64,000 nt of DNA, from NCBI RefSeq assembly GCF_963921235.1, contig NC_086097.1, positions 98,396,001 to 98,460,000 on the forward strand. Direction: 5' to 3'. Both the position numbers and the translations under genes were made by a program. The notes under the pieces were generated by a model. That model had not been told where the DNA came from, made no database searches, and saw only the letters and a program-made list of their open reading frames with translations. Origin of the DNA: Mobula hypostoma (lineage: Eukaryota). Shown here piece by piece: positions 62,119 through 64,000 of this stretch (position 1 is its first letter; the number at the start of each line of letters is the position of its first letter).

Positions 62119-64000
62119 CTTCCCCCCTTTAAGGATTTTTACCGGGAGGTAAAAATTACAAACATGACTACATTGTCTGATACATACACAATATACATCT
62201 TTAACAGTTATTTAGCTAATACAGAGAATTTGAAGCTGTCAACACCTTGACAGACAGTCATCACATTTTCTGTTCCTTTTACACGTGTTATTAATAACTC
62301 CTTAGACCAGGCTCCAACTCAGCAAACTTCATAGTGGCCAAAAACACTGATGAATTGCGACCAATGTAACCTCTCATTTGGTTTTGTCCCGGACCACAAC
62401 AACAAGGGTCGTCCCATTCCGACTCAATTTTCTCTCGCAAGGGCTTAGTAGGAGGGGGACGGGTATTGACCGCAGAGTTATTGCAAAACTTCCTGCAGTA
62501 CCCCACCATCTCCAAAAGCCTTCTGAGGGCCCTCTTGTCTGTCGGGGTTGGGAGGTCAGCGATAGCCTGCACTGTAGCTTGCATCACTGCCAGCTGCCCC
62601 TGTGTCACCACAATTCCCAGGTAAGTGACATTCGTGTGGCCGAATTCATTTTTTCCAAGGTTCACTATCAAGCTGGCTTCAGACAGCCGTGTTAAATTGC
62701 CAATACACACCTCTGTGTTCATCAGCCCTTTAGTCACTGAATTACTCAAAAAATATGGGTGTTGTTTACTTGGCCGCCCTATTGTAACCACAATCACCCA
62801 ACGTCCCAGTTCTTTGCATTTCCTCGGGACAATCAAACACATGGGTGCGAGTCGTTTAATTACTCCTTCGGGGATTAAGGGAGAGACCTTATCAGTAGAC
62901 CTGGCCAAAACAATAGCCTTCTCCCATCTGACCGATCCCATCCTAATCTTTTCAAAATGGTTTTTTTCTCTTATCAAGGGGCCCCTAGCTTCATTGATTT
63001 CCACGCTAACACCGACTAGGTTTGTTAGCATATCAAAAGCCGGTGACCGTCTCAGTTCGCGTCGGTCATGATCAATAACATTCTTCCCCCTGGGCAGCCG
63101 GTAAATCTCTTTCATGATTCCACCAACTGTTTCCCCCAGCACCGCAAAATGTCCACCGGGGGGTACTTCGTGGGCCATGTTAAAAACCTCATCCCCTTAA
63201 CTCTTTTGCACCACCCCCCACTCCTCATCTGCGGATGCTGTACTTGATTTCCCTTTCTTCCTTAGCACTTCCTCATCCGCACAATAGCTTGTCAAGGCTG
63301 TGTCAGAGAGAGCGGTCTCGGCAAAAACCATCAGCCCCTCGTCTCGCTCCTGCGTCTGCACAAATTCTTTCCTGGCTACTGCTACGTCCGTCCCAGCTCC
63401 CTCACTACCTCTTATCTCACTACACCCTGTCTCATACAAGGTTGGCAGAAATGTTTCAGCCAAATTCACCATCGCGGGCGGGGCCTCCATGCTGGCAGGC
63501 TGACCCGTCAATCTCACGACTGGGAACACGATTCCTCCGGCGATGTCATTACCGAGCAAGACTTCCACGTCTTTCATCGGTAATTCGGACCTCACCCCGA
63601 TCGTGACTAGTCCAGAGACCAGGTTGCTCTGTAAATGTATCTGGTGCAAAGGGACTGACTCTGTCCCTTCCCCAACACCTTTGACCTCTACCTCCCCAAT
63701 CTGGGTCTCTGAGCTAAACTCTAATACACTCTTCAGTATTAGTGACTGACACGCTCCCGTGTCTCTCCAGATCCGCACTGGAACTGGTTTTAACCTCTCC
63801 TTCACTGACACCAGTCCGGCCGAGATAAACCTCTCGCGCCCTTCCTGGACTTTTTCAGACCTGTCCTTCCCTAGCGGTTCGCTTAACAGCTCGATACAGC
63901 CATTCAAAATTTCCGCTTTTCCTTTTCCCGTCTCCTTCCTTGGGGCAAAGCACCTGGACGCAAAGTGTCCGACTTTCCCACAATTATAACAGACGACTCC
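62119..64000 (-). mobile_element. Gmr1-like Gypsy internal region (gag CCHC, protease, reduced INT-RT); runs off the window
   Basis: CYNCGKVGHFASRC knuckle (~63950-63991); IWRDTGACQSLI protease. The second ORF starts AHEVPPGGHF (integrase Zn-finger-like) and ends in RT-thumb-like VNLGKNEFGHTNVTYLG...PTPTDKRALRRLLEMVGYCRKF. Confidence 0.85.

Overview
Eukaryotic, repeat-rich vertebrate genomic DNA. The repeat families suggest a cartilaginous fish, probably a ray (inference). The window holds 13 consecutive internal coding exons of the chromatin remodeller INO80 on the + strand (10072-55636), all GT-AG and phase-compatible. They run from the N-terminal region through DBINO/HSA into the start of the Snf2 ATPase ([11 protein letters not shown]). 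I did not find the ATG exon or the 3' exons in the window. Introns are filled with CR1, Rex/Babar-like and L1/Tx1-like LINEs, Tigger/pogo, Tc1 and hAT DNA elements, a solo LTR and a Gmr1-like Gypsy element. The most interesting signal is a family of short Penelope-like (PLE) insertions carrying minimal type I hammerhead ribozymes (stem I-CUGANGA-stem II-GAAACGUC-stem I'). Several are arranged as fold-back units with a hammerhead on each strand, a ~35-45 nt unpaired 3' tail and 13-15 bp target-site duplications. Other oddities: a 65-bp near-perfect palindrome in a (TA)n tract, two 5'-inverted LINEs, a Tigger4/Zombi-like element, and a NAGNAG acceptor in INO80. Family assignments come from motif recognition by eye; no database search was run.
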